A stretch of DNA of 32,000 bases from Synechococcus elongatus PCC 6301 (lineage in GTDB: Bacteria > Cyanobacteriota > Cyanobacteriia > Synechococcales > Synechococcaceae), in assembly GCF_000010065.1 (NCBI RefSeq), contig NC_006576.1, positions 1,230,001 to 1,262,000 of the forward strand. Reading direction: 5' to 3'. Made by a program: the position numbers and the translations under genes. Position 1 is the stretch's first letter. The number at the start of each line of letters is the position of its first letter. The notes below the pieces were generated by a model. The model was not told the DNA's origin. It saw only the letters and a program-made list of their open reading frames with translations, and did no database searches. Shown here piece by piece: positions 1 through 8,888 of the stretch.

Positions 1-927
1 CACAATGCCCCCGAAAGCAGAGACGGAGTCCGCGTCAAACGCTTTTTGATAGGCATCACTCAATGCCTCAGCTGTGGCGACTCCGCCGGGATTATTGTGT
101 TTGAGAATCGCGGCAGCAGCGGGGCCATCCGCCGGGAACTCCGCAATAATTTGGCGTGCTGCCTCGAGGTCAACTAGGTTGTTGTAGCTCAGCTCTTTGC
201 CCTGTAGTTGCTGCGCCGCTGCCCAACCGCTGGCCGTAGCACCGGTTTGATACCAAGTCGCCGCCTGGTGGGGGTTTTCGCCGTAGCGCAGGACTTGCAC
301 CGGCTGAGCACTCAGTTGCAAGCGATCGCTGGTCGCTTCAAATTGCTCAGCGAGATAAGTCGCGATCGCCGCATCATAAGCAGCGGTGTGCTGGAAAGCC
401 GCTAGAGCGCACTGCTGGCGGAACGCGAGGGGAATTTGTCCCTCTCCATCGGCCAGGGCCGTCAGATAGGGCTCGTACTGGCTGGGGTTAGTCAGAATCG
501 TTAGGTGAGCATGGTTCTTGGCCGAGGCCCGCACCATTGCTGGCCCGCCGATGTCAATTTGCTCGATCGCATCTGCCAGCGTCACTTCAGGACGGGCGAT
601 CGTGGCCTCGAAGGGATAGAGATTGACGACGACTAAGTCAAACGGCTGAATGTTGTTGGCCGCTAAATCTGCTTGATCCTCTTCGCGATCGCGGCGCGCC
701 AAAATGCCGCCATGAATGCGGGGATGCAAGGTTTTGACTCGGCCACCGAGGATTTCGGGTGAGCCCGTGTGTTCTGCAACTTTCGTAACGGGGATACCTG
801 CTTCTAGGAGTTGCTTGGCGGTGCCACCGCTACTGACAATCTGAAACTGAAAGCGATCGACCAGTTGACGTGCAAAATCAACGAGGCCAGTTTTATCGGA
901 AACACTGAGCAGGGCAAATCGCGGCAT
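1..927 (-). CDS. purH: Bifunctional AICAR transformylase / IMP cyclohydrolase, N-terminal ~309 codons (3' end runs off the left edge)
   Basis: Hand translation of the minus strand from ATG 927-925 gives MPRFALLSVSDKTGLVDFARQLV..GGRVKTLHPRIHGGILARR..VVVNLYPFE..IDIGGPAMVRASAKNH..RYGENPHQ..GKELSYNN..KHNNPGG. The frame stays open to base 1. It is absent from the ORF track because no stop codon lies in the window. Confidence 0.93.
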   Translation of the reverse strand, partial: MPRFALLSVSDKTGLVDFARQLVDRFQFQIVSSGGTAKQLLEAGIPVTKVAEHTGSPEILGGRVKTLHPRIHGGILARRDREEDQADLAANNIQPFDLVVVNLYPFEATIARPEVTLADAIEQIDIGGPAMVRASAKNHAHLTILTNPSQYEPYLTALADGEGQIPLAFRQQCALAAFQHTAAYDAAIATYLAEQFEATSDRLQLSAQPVQVLRYGENPHQAATWYQTGATASGWAAAQQLQGKELSYNNLVDLEAARQIIAEFPADGPAAAAILKHNNPGGVATAEALSDAYQKAFDADSVSAFGGIV

Positions 928-1261
928 TGAAAATCCTAGGAGAAGCATTCAAACAGCAGTCTTCTCCAGCATAAAAGCAAATGACCAAGGCTTGATCGCG
1001 CGATCGCTTCTCTACTCAGCCAAGACAGTTGCGTATTGCTGATTTTCAGTCATCTATTCCAGTCATTTTCAGCTAGCAAAAACCAACTGAAGTCAAGCAG
1101 AATTTCATAATTTTATGACATCAAAAATAGCCTGCAATCACCTTCTGCGATCGCTTAAGTTCAACGAACGTTAGGAGTGAGATCTGAGCAACTTCAGCAG
1201 AGTGCTCAAACCCAATCTTGGTCAGCAAGCGTTTTGATAGCTTCTAGACTCAGCGCAGCCC

Positions 1262-2386
1262 TTAGCGATCCAGCGCGTAGACCTGACCATCAATCAGCAA
1301 ACAGTGAATGCCCTTCGCTTGCAGCCAGCGCGTAGTTTTTAACAAAATCTGGCTGTCGGGCAGTTTGATCACCCGTTGATTGCGCTTACAAAAACGCTTA
1401 GCGGTGCGGGGATTATCAAAGAGCGGCAATGCTTGGGCTTCCGCATGATCCGCCTCTACCGTTCCTAATTCCGCCAAAGTTGTCAGGGAACAGGTGACCA
1501 AATCCGCTGTGCGATCGACAACGACATAGCTAGTGCGGGGGAGGGGTGCAATGCCTAGGGGTAAGAGTTCAAGGGTCGCCGCAGCCTCTGTGCGATCGCT
1601 GTCCCCATCAGCCGCAAGATCGTCTTCGTCGAACACGAGTTCATCGTCTTCGCTGTCATCATCCCCAAATTCATCTGCATCTTCGATCGCAGCAACTCCG
1701 CCCCGCAAATCATCAGCGGTTAGTTCTAAATCGATCGCGGTATTACTGATGTGTTGGGTTGCAGCAGTGGATTGTCCGGGTTCAATCTCTGGCTCTGTTT
1801 CTGAAAAGATCGCCGCTTCCGTGAAGGGGGTTTTCGGAATTGGGCGTGGCCGTTCCGGCGCAGGTTTCGGCTCTGAGATTGGAGTGGGGGGTGGGATCGC
1901 TTCCTCTCCAGTCACCGGCTCGGGCGTTTCTACAGCTAGCGGGGCAAAAAAAGGCGCACTGATGCTAATCGCCTCAGGTTTGTTCGGCAGTTCCGGCGTT
2001 GCAGGTTCTGCACTGTCCGTACTAGCTGCCGTAAAACGACGACGGCGGCGACGTCCACCACTGGCTGGTTCTGGCTCCGGTGCGATCGCCTCTGCTGGGA
2101 GCGGCTCAGGATCAGCAATCGCGGACGGGTCTGCAGCTTTCGGTACTACCGGCGTTGAATCCACCTCTGGGGTCACTGCAACTGAATCTGCCGTTTCCGT
2201 CAATCGGCTGCGGCGATCGCGCAGTTGCTCATATTCCTCGGGCGAGAAACTGCTGCGCAAAATCCGCGACACCGTACTGACACTGACCCCAAACTGTTCA
2301 GCCAAAGCAGCAACCGGAGCAGTCGTAGTGCGAAAGCGCTCGAGCAACGCTTGCTTATCAGCAGGAGAAAGCTTGGCAGGGGCCAT
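1262..2386 (-). CDS. Conserved hypothetical protein with an N-terminal helix-turn-helix, a long acidic/Pro-rich linker and a compact C-terminal domain
   Basis: ORF track gives 1262..2413. I prefer the ATG at 2386 (MAPAKLSPADKQALLERF..) over the TTG at 2413. It has an HTH-like segment (VAALAEQFGVSVSTVSRIL), an RRRRRR run and an acidic block (DADEFGDDDSEDDELVFDEDD). Confidence 0.65.
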   Translation of the reverse strand: MAPAKLSPADKQALLERFRTTTAPVAALAEQFGVSVSTVSRILRSSFSPEEYEQLRDRRSRLTETADSVAVTPEVDSTPVVPKAADPSAIADPEPLPAEAIAPEPEPASGGRRRRRRFTAASTDSAEPATPELPNKPEAISISAPFFAPLAVETPEPVTGEEAIPPPTPISEPKPAPERPRPIPKTPFTEAAIFSETEPEIEPGQSTAATQHISNTAIDLELTADDLRGGVAAIEDADEFGDDDSEDDELVFDEDDLAADGDSDRTEAAATLELLPLGIAPLPRTSYVVVDRTADLVTCSLTTLAELGTVEADHAEAQALPLFDNPRTAKRFCKRNQRVIKLPDSQILLKTTRWLQAKGIHCLLIDGQVYALDR

Positions 2387-2659
2387 GCAGCAGGGCAGCG
2401 CGAAAGGGTCCAAGAGCCCATTCTACTGTGGTGCTTTCCTTGCACGGTGCGATTGGGCAAGAGCGATCCCTAGGTTTTTGGGTTGCGACTCCGGAGGGGC
2501 GATCGCGAATTGCCGTTTTCAACAACTGGCCCAAGGGAGGATTTCAACCAGTTTCAAGCAGGGACGCTGCAGCCGTGGCGGATGAAGCTCTCTGGAGCAA
2601 TTTCGAGAGAGTCATCAGTCCTTGTGCCACAGTAAACAATTGGCGGACTACTTCTCCTC

Positions 2660-3526
2660 ATGCCTTGGACCCGCATTCTCAGTGGCACGGTGGCGATCGC
2701 GATCGCTCTGGGATTGCTGACGTTGGGCGGCTGGTATTTCACCTGTGGCCTTGGAATTATGGTCTACCTTGGCCTGGAAGAATATTTCCAGTTGGTGCGC
2801 CTCAAGGGAATGATGCCGGCGGCACGGACGACCTTGGTCGTCAGTCAACTGTTGCTGATTGTCGCGAACCTCAACCCTTCCCTCACCGATGCGATCCTGC
2901 CAGTAACAGCCATTCTGATCTGCGCTTGGCTGCAATTTAAGCCCAAGCCCTCCAGCATTGCCGACATTGCCGCCTCAATTCTGGGCCTGTTTTACACCGG
3001 CTATCTGCCCAGCTACTGGGTGCGCCTGCGATCGCTCGGATCGGCTGCCAGTAGTAATCTCCCCCTCGGCGGCTTCTGGCCCGATCGCTGGCTACCGTTT
3101 AACCAATTACCGCCAGGTCTAGCCCTACTGTTGCTGGCCTTCCTCTGCATTTGGGCCGCTGACATCGGCGCCTACTTCATGGGGCGTTGGTGGGGACGCA
3201 CCAAGCTCACCCAAGTCAGCCCCAAGAAGACCGTGGAAGGCGCGATTTCTGGCCTACTTGGCAGCATGACCGTCGCCACTATCGGGGCCTTTTCCTTAGC
3301 TTGGCCCTATCCATTGCTCACCGGCTTGGGCTTGGGCCTGATCATCGGCGGCTGTAGCTTGCTGGGCGACCTAACCGAATCGATGATGAAACGGGATGCT
3401 GGCGTCAAAGACTCCGGTCAGATCATTCCTGGACACGGTGGCATCCTTGATCGCACCGACAGCTACATCTTTACGGCACCGATGATGTACTACTTCGTGA
3501 CGCTGCTGCTACCGCTGTTGCGTTAG
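2660..3526 (+). CDS. cdsA: Phosphatidate cytidylyltransferase (CDP-diglyceride synthase)
   Basis: 288-aa polytopic protein. The C-terminal signature GDLTESMMKRDAGVKDSGQIIPGHGGILDRTDS matches the CdsA family signature (K-R-x4-K-D..H-G-G-x-x-D-R). Confidence 0.9.
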   Translation: MPWTRILSGTVAIAIALGLLTLGGWYFTCGLGIMVYLGLEEYFQLVRLKGMMPAARTTLVVSQLLLIVANLNPSLTDAILPVTAILICAWLQFKPKPSSIADIAASILGLFYTGYLPSYWVRLRSLGSAASSNLPLGGFWPDRWLPFNQLPPGLALLLLAFLCIWAADIGAYFMGRWWGRTKLTQVSPKKTVEGAISGLLGSMTVATIGAFSLAWPYPLLTGLGLGLIIGGCSLLGDLTESMMKRDAGVKDSGQIIPGHGGILDRTDSYIFTAPMMYYFVTLLLPLLR

Positions 3527-4203
3527 GCCGCTGTCGCGAGAACTCGGAACTCTCCCGTCAGATCGACCTTGCCGTCGCTAATCACCAAACTGGCGATCGA
3601 GACATCCTCACCGAGGGCGATCGCATAGGCCTCAAGCCCACTCAAATCAGGCGCGGGCTGGGTCGCTGACTGCCACTGGGGACTGTGCAGGCGTAAAGTC
3701 TGCGGATCTACTAAAGCGAGGCCGAGGGATAACTCTGTGTCGGGCGTGATCAGCAGGTGGAGGCGATCGGACCGGAGGCGAAACTGTAGTTGGGTCGCCA
3801 GCTGCTCTACCGAGAGTCCTAGCTGTTGCCAGTAGTCCGCCAAGATCTGCCAGATCGCCTGTTGCCAAAGCTCGGAGCTGAGTGAGTCGTTGAAGTTAGC
3901 TTCCAGCAGTTGCACCTCAGCGGCAATGCGAATTTCCTGCAGAAGTTGGAAGGCTTGGCCGCGCACCATCTGAGGCAGATTGACGCGAATTTCGGAGCCC
4001 AACAGCGACATGCGCTCCAGACAAAGCCCTTGGTAGACAATGCCTTGTGCCGCGATCGCGACCTCGGGAATTGTGCCGCCCAGCAATTGACGACTGCTGC
4101 CGCCAATGGTCAGATCTAGCTGCGCGATCGTGGCTTGGCTGTGCAGCCAGAGCTTAATGGCCGGAGCCAAAACCCGTCCAATGATTCCCGGCGCTGTACC
4201 CAT
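3523..4203 (-). CDS. DUF2993/LmeA-like hypothetical protein
   Basis: ORF 3523..4260. The ATG at 4203 (MGTAPGIIGRVLAPAIKLWL..) is the likely start. The repeated pattern (..LDLTIGGSSRQLLGGTIPEVAIAAQGIVYQGL..) resembles the DUF2993 family from memory. Its stop overlaps the cdsA stop (TTAG, 3523-3526). Confidence 0.6.
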   Translation of the reverse strand: MGTAPGIIGRVLAPAIKLWLHSQATIAQLDLTIGGSSRQLLGGTIPEVAIAAQGIVYQGLCLERMSLLGSEIRVNLPQMVRGQAFQLLQEIRIAAEVQLLEANFNDSLSSELWQQAIWQILADYWQQLGLSVEQLATQLQFRLRSDRLHLLITPDTELSLGLALVDPQTLRLHSPQWQSATQPAPDLSGLEAYAIALGEDVSIASLVISDGKVDLTGEFRVLATAA

Positions 4204-4351
4204 CACTATTTGCCCCTTGGTCCGCTGTTTACTGTCTCGCGAAGCGGTCAAGCGAGGCAATGGTGTCGCGATCGGGGTCAGGGGGCAACGATGGTCGCGG
4301 GGCCGTTGTTACACTAGCGGCGATTTCAGTGGAGCCAACAGGTCGGGGCGC

Positions 4352-5530
4352 ATGCGATCGCAACTTTTGCTAGGGCTAGCAGTGCTGGGGCTATTTGGGG
4401 GCGATCGCTGGATTGAGCCCGCCGCCACACAACCTGCTCCGGCAGCCAATCCGATGGTTGCTCCAGTAGCCGCGCCAACCATCGGCCTCCAGCTCAGTTC
4501 ACAGTGGCCAGCCGGACAAGATACGGGGCTATGGCAAACGGCCCGCGATCGCCAAGCAATGATTACGGCGATTGACCGCAGTCTGACTTGGTTAGCTACA
4601 CCGGCCGCCGAGAAAGCCTACCGCGATCGTCCCGCCAACCAACCCGATCGCCGTTGGGTACAGCGCAGCCTGCAACGCTTTCGTCAGTTGCTGCAGACCA
4701 GTCGCAATACAGCCAGTTTTGAGGCCGCGCTGCGGCGGGAATTTCAACTGTGGCAATCCCCCGGTCTGGACAACAACAATCGCGTCGATTTCACGGCCTA
4801 CTACGAGGCGGTGTATCCCGCTAGCCTGACCCGCACCGAAACCTATCGCTACCCCCTTTACCGACGGCCCGCTGATTTCGATCGCTGGGCACAGCCCCAC
4901 CTGACGCGCCGCCAAATCGAAGGCGAAGATGGCCTCTTGGGCGATCGCAGTCCCTTAGCTGGAACAGAACTGGTCTGGCTGAGCGATCGGCTAGCGGCCT
5001 TTTTGGTCCATGTCCAAGGCTCTGCCCGCCTGCAGCTCACCAATGGCCGTGAGTTCACGGTGGGTTACGCCGGAGCCACCCAGCATCCCTACCGCAGTAT
5101 TGGCCAAGAGCTGGTGCAAGACGGGGTGTTTACAGCCGAAGCCTTGACGCTGGGCAAGTTGATCAATTGGTTTGCCGCCAATCCCGATCGCCTCAGCGAC
5201 TACCTGCCCCGCAACGATCGCTTTGTCTTCTTCAAACCGACAGCTGGCGCCGCCGCCACCGGCAGCCTCAGCCAACCTCTGACGCCAGGTCGCTCGATTG
5301 CCACCGATAAAACCCTCTTCCCGCCGGGTGCACTCGCCCTCATCAAAGCGCCCTTGGCCGGCGATCGCGGCGGCTTATCCTACCGCTATGTGCTGGACCA
5401 AGATACGGGTAGCGCCATCCGTGGCTATGGTCGCGTCGATGTCTTTTGGTGCACGGGCGCAATCGCCAAGGCTCGTGCTGGTGATGTCAATGGGCCCGGC
5501 AGCCTCTACTACCTGCTGCTGAAGCGATGA
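4352..5530 (+). CDS. mltA: Membrane-bound lytic murein transglycosylase A (MltA domain plus 3D domain)
   Basis: ORF 4106..5530. I prefer the ATG at 4352 (MRSQLLLGLAVLGLFGG, a signal or lipoprotein-like N-terminus), because the upstream extension overlaps the convergently transcribed neighbour's 5' end. MltA-like core (..FTAYYEAVY..RYPLYRRP..LVHVQGSARLQL..) and C-terminal 3D-like segment (DTGSAIRGYGRVDVFWCTG). Confidence 0.85.
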   Translation: MRSQLLLGLAVLGLFGGDRWIEPAATQPAPAANPMVAPVAAPTIGLQLSSQWPAGQDTGLWQTARDRQAMITAIDRSLTWLATPAAEKAYRDRPANQPDRRWVQRSLQRFRQLLQTSRNTASFEAALRREFQLWQSPGLDNNNRVDFTAYYEAVYPASLTRTETYRYPLYRRPADFDRWAQPHLTRRQIEGEDGLLGDRSPLAGTELVWLSDRLAAFLVHVQGSARLQLTNGREFTVGYAGATQHPYRSIGQELVQDGVFTAEALTLGKLINWFAANPDRLSDYLPRNDRFVFFKPTAGAAATGSLSQPLTPGRSIATDKTLFPPGALALIKAPLAGDRGGLSYRYVLDQDTGSAIRGYGRVDVFWCTGAIAKARAGDVNGPGSLYYLLLKR

Positions 5531-5754
5531 CAGCCCGCTGATTGCCCTGCTTGAGTCTCGAGGAGCAAGGAGGATGGGCGATCGCACCGGCTGGGCAATG
5601 TCACAATTTTCTTGAGAATCCCTTGAATTCCAGTGAACGCCCACTAGCGTTGAACTAGTCAGCGGTTGAGGCAACGGCCCTTGCGTTGGAGCCTCGTCCC
5701 TACCTTCCAATCGCTGCATCTTTTCTTGTCCGCGCTGCTAAGGATAGCCAGAAG

Positions 5755-7335
5755 ATGTTCAAGCCCCAGTCTTGGTTCCCAACGCTACTGAGTACCGTGC
5801 TCGGTTTTGGGGCTGCGGTGCTCACAGCCGCCCCTAGTTCAGCGGCCGAAAGGATTACAGTTCGTTGGTCCGGGACTGATGTCACCATTGCGGTCGATGA
5901 CCTCGCCAATTTTGCGCAGGGGCGCCCCGTCGGCGCTGATCTGCGAGCGGTTTTGGCCTTGCTCTCACCGGAAGTCCAGCAGTCGATTCGTTCGGCCTTG
6001 ATTGCTCCCGTGCCCATCTCGCCCAACGCGATCCAGCAGATTGTCAATCGGGGCGATACCTTCAGCATCTTTCTGACCCGTGTCGGCAATGTGATCCGGG
6101 CGGAACCACCTGTTTCCCTAACTGACCCAGCGATCGCCACAGCCATCACAACCGCAGCCCAATCGCCGCAAGGGCTGTCATTTCTCAGTGCGATTCAGAC
6201 GTTTCCCTCCGAAACCATCCTGTTCGATCTCAATGTCTTTTTGAGCTATATCCAGCAGCTCAACGAGCAACTCTTAGCCACCGAAGGCGTTGTCAATCGC
6301 TTGCAGCAACGGAGTCAGCCCGCCGATCCCGCACTGCAGCAACGCTATCAAGCACCGGGGCCGAACAGCGTTCAGGTCCAGAGCTTTAACTGGCAGGATC
6401 CCCAACGCAATCGCCCTGTGCCGACGGATTTATACCTGCCCAGCGGCACATCCCGCAATTTGCCCCTAGTGGTGGTTTCCCATGGTTTGGGCGAAACGCG
6501 CCAGACCTTTGCCTATCTGGCACGCCATCTGGCTTCCCACGGCTATGCCGTCGCCCTGCCCGAGCATGTGACCACCAGTGCGCGATCGTTCGAGAACGTC
6601 CTAGTCGGCATCAGCAGCCCGCCTGGACCTCAGGCCTTGATTGATATTCCAACGGACATTCGCTTTGTCCTAGACCAGTTGGCTACCACACCAGCCGCCG
6701 CTCGGGTTCAAACCCAAAAAGCTGCGGTTGTAGGTCATTCCTACGGAGGTTATGGGGCCTTGGCAGTGGCGGGCGCCCCTCTCAGTCCGGTCAATGCGCG
6801 ACAGCAATGTGAACCCCTCGATCGCTTCCGCAATAACCTCTCCACCTTGTTGCAGTGCATCGCCATTAACTTGCCGCAACCGAGCTATACCTTGACCGAT
6901 CCCCGCATTGTGGCCGCTGTTGCTGCTGATGGCCTAGCCAGCGATGTCTTTGGGGCCGCCGGCCTCTCGCAGGTAACAGTTCCTACCCTGATCTGGGGGG
7001 GAAGCCGCGATGTCGTCACACCGCCCCAACCCGAGGCGATCGCTGCGTTTCAGCAGCTCGGCACCCGTCAGAAGTGGCTAGCTCTTGCCGTGAAAGGGAC
7101 GCACTTCACCGTGCTGCCACCCAACAATCAGCAACCCCAAGGCTTCCAGATCCCTTTGCCACCCGAGTTGATCGGTCCTAGCCAAGCAGCAGGCAACCTG
7201 CTGTTCCAAGGCTTGACCTTGGCCTTTCTCGATCAAACCTTCCGTGGGCAGCCGGCCACACTCTTGCCCAGCACTGGCACCACAACCATCGCGACTCCGG
7301 AACTGACAGTGCTCGTGACACCACAGTCTCCCTAG
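5755..7335 (+). CDS. Secreted alpha/beta-hydrolase with an N-terminal DUF1400-like domain
   Basis: ORF 5686..7335. ATG at 5755 is preceded by AAGGA. Signal peptide MFKPQSWFPTLLSTVLGFGAAVLTAAPSSA/AE. The AERITVRWSGTDVTIAVDDLANFA motif is typical of cyanobacterial DUF1400. Nucleophile elbow GHSYGG. Confidence 0.75.
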   Translation: MFKPQSWFPTLLSTVLGFGAAVLTAAPSSAAERITVRWSGTDVTIAVDDLANFAQGRPVGADLRAVLALLSPEVQQSIRSALIAPVPISPNAIQQIVNRGDTFSIFLTRVGNVIRAEPPVSLTDPAIATAITTAAQSPQGLSFLSAIQTFPSETILFDLNVFLSYIQQLNEQLLATEGVVNRLQQRSQPADPALQQRYQAPGPNSVQVQSFNWQDPQRNRPVPTDLYLPSGTSRNLPLVVVSHGLGETRQTFAYLARHLASHGYAVALPEHVTTSARSFENVLVGISSPPGPQALIDIPTDIRFVLDQLATTPAAARVQTQKAAVVGHSYGGYGALAVAGAPLSPVNARQQCEPLDRFRNNLSTLLQCIAINLPQPSYTLTDPRIVAAVAADGLASDVFGAAGLSQVTVPTLIWGGSRDVVTPPQPEAIAAFQQLGTRQKWLALAVKGTHFTVLPPNNQQPQGFQIPLPPELIGPSQAAGNLLFQGLTLAFLDQTFRGQPATLLPSTGTTTIATPELTVLVTPQSP

Positions 7336-7425
7336 GGATGCCAGTCGCTATCCAAGTTGGCTAGCGGACAGACAAGGCAATCGCGATCGGTTTAGCCTAC
7401 AACCGTTGACGAACACTGCGCTGCT

Positions 7426-8577
7426 ATGGCCGATCGCCCCCTGCTGTTAGAGCTGACTCTCCTTTTTCTGAAGCTGGGCACCATCGGCTTTGGTGGGCCC
7501 CAAGCCCATCTAGCGATGATGGAAGAAGAAGTCGTTCAGCGGCGTCAGTGGCTGACCCCCGAAGAGTTCAGCGAGGGAATTGCCCTCTGCGAGATGTTGC
7601 CGGGGCCAGCTTCCACCCAAATGGGCATTTATATTGGCTATCGCCAAGCCGGTTGGATCGGCGGCGTGGTCAGTGGCGTTTGTTTTATCGCGCCCGCTTT
7701 TGCGATCGTTGTTGCCCTAGCTTGGGCGTACTTTCGCTTCCAAACCGTTCCGTCCGTTCAAGACTTGTTTCTGGGGGCAGCCCCCGCCGTGACGGCGATT
7801 ATTGTTGCTTTCTGTCTCCGCCTCAGTCAGCGCGTTCTCAAGGAGCCCCTGCATTGGGGCTTAGCGATTGGGGCGCTAATTTTAACCCTCAGCGGTATCC
7901 TGCCTGTCTTTTTGATTCTCTTGCTAGCTGGAGCCGTCAGCTGGCTCTGGGCCCAGCGATCGCAAGCGGCTTGGTTACCGCTCTTGCCCGCAGCGATCGG
8001 CCCGACAGATTTTTGGGGCTGGGCACAGTGGTCCGAGCGGGGTGCTCCGCTGTTTCGCTTCTTCCTCGAAACTGGCACCTTTGTCTTTGGTGGCGGCTTG
8101 GTGATCATCCCCTTGCTGCAGCAACAGGTCGTGCAGCAGTGGCAATGGCTGACCGCCCAGCAATTTGTCGATGGGGTGGCGATCGGTCAACTCAGCCCGG
8201 GGCCAGTAGTTTTGACGGCTGCCTTCATTGGCTTTGCGGTCGCGGGCTTGAGCGGGGCAGCCACGGCAACGGTTGGGATCTTTCTCCCTTCATTTCTGTT
8301 TATTTTGCTGGCTGCTCCAATCCTGCAACGTCTGCGTCAGAACCGCAGCATTCAGCAGTTTTTGCGGGGGGTGAGCCCTGCTGTGCTCGGAGCGATCGCA
8401 GCGACCCTCTGGCCCCTGGCACGTCCCTCACTGCAAAGTGATCAACCGGCGATTCTGCTGTTCAGCCTGCTGCTCTTTGCCGGTAATCTTTTGGCGCTGG
8501 TGCGCTGGAAACGCCCCACTTGGCAGGTGGTGCTGGTTGGCATTGGTTTAGGGTTTGTAGTTGGTCCACTGCTTTAG
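7426..8577 (+). CDS. chrA: Chromate ion transporter (CHR family)
   Basis: 383-aa polytopic protein with two homologous halves. Each half carries the CHR motif (FLKLGTIGFGGPQAHLAMM and FLETGTFVFGGGLVIIPLL). Confidence 0.85.
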   Translation: MADRPLLLELTLLFLKLGTIGFGGPQAHLAMMEEEVVQRRQWLTPEEFSEGIALCEMLPGPASTQMGIYIGYRQAGWIGGVVSGVCFIAPAFAIVVALAWAYFRFQTVPSVQDLFLGAAPAVTAIIVAFCLRLSQRVLKEPLHWGLAIGALILTLSGILPVFLILLLAGAVSWLWAQRSQAAWLPLLPAAIGPTDFWGWAQWSERGAPLFRFFLETGTFVFGGGLVIIPLLQQQVVQQWQWLTAQQFVDGVAIGQLSPGPVVLTAAFIGFAVAGLSGAATATVGIFLPSFLFILLAAPILQRLRQNRSIQQFLRGVSPAVLGAIAATLWPLARPSLQSDQPAILLFSLLLFAGNLLALVRWKRPTWQVVLVGIGLGFVVGPLL

Positions 8578-8594
8578 GGGATGGCGATCGTGGG

Positions 8595-8795
8595 TCAGCG
8601 GCGGGTCGTTGCCACCTGTAAACCGATCACCGTCAGACCTGCAGCAGCGATCGCGGACTTTAACGGCCAAGATTGAGCGATCGGTGGCTGGGGAAGCTCG
8701 AAAGCCGAAGTTGGCAAGACAACCCCACCACTGATTGCCCCCAAGAGGAAGCCAAGGGTAGCCAGAGTTCCAAGCCACTGGGTAGATGACCGCAT
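8595..8795 (-). CDS. Possible small membrane protein (66 aa, two hydrophobic segments)
   Basis: ATG-initiated ORF in an otherwise empty 250-bp gap, with two TM-like stretches (WLGTLATLGFLLGAISGGVVL, AIAAAGLTVIGLQVA). No recognisable family and a weak SD. Confidence 0.35.
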   Translation of the reverse strand: MRSSTQWLGTLATLGFLLGAISGGVVLPTSAFELPQPPIAQSWPLKSAIAAAGLTVIGLQVATTRR

Positions 8796-8888
8796 GCAAT
8801 TGAGCTGCTCTTATTTCGGCTCATTGTGCCATTCCTAGTCACGGTATCCGCTAGGGTAGGTCGGAATTGCCTTGTCCAAATTGGTGAC

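Noticed and set aside
1533-2585. 350-aa plus-strand ORF antisense to the HTH/acidic protein gene
   Set aside because: Its Ser/Gly/Ala-rich low-complexity translation is the mirror image of the Glu/Asp/Pro-rich sense gene. It has no motifs and reads through the divergent promoter region. It is a typical shadow ORF in GC-rich DNA.
4106-4351. 82-codon N-terminal extension of the mltA ORF
   Set aside because: It overlaps the 5' end of the convergently oriented DUF2993-like gene. An internal ATG at 4352 gives a proper signal-peptide N-terminus.
7548-8441. 297-aa alternative-frame ORF inside chrA
   Set aside because: It is on the same strand but out of frame with a gene that has clear CHR-family motifs. 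Its product is Arg/Ser/Pro/Cys-rich with no recognisable domain.
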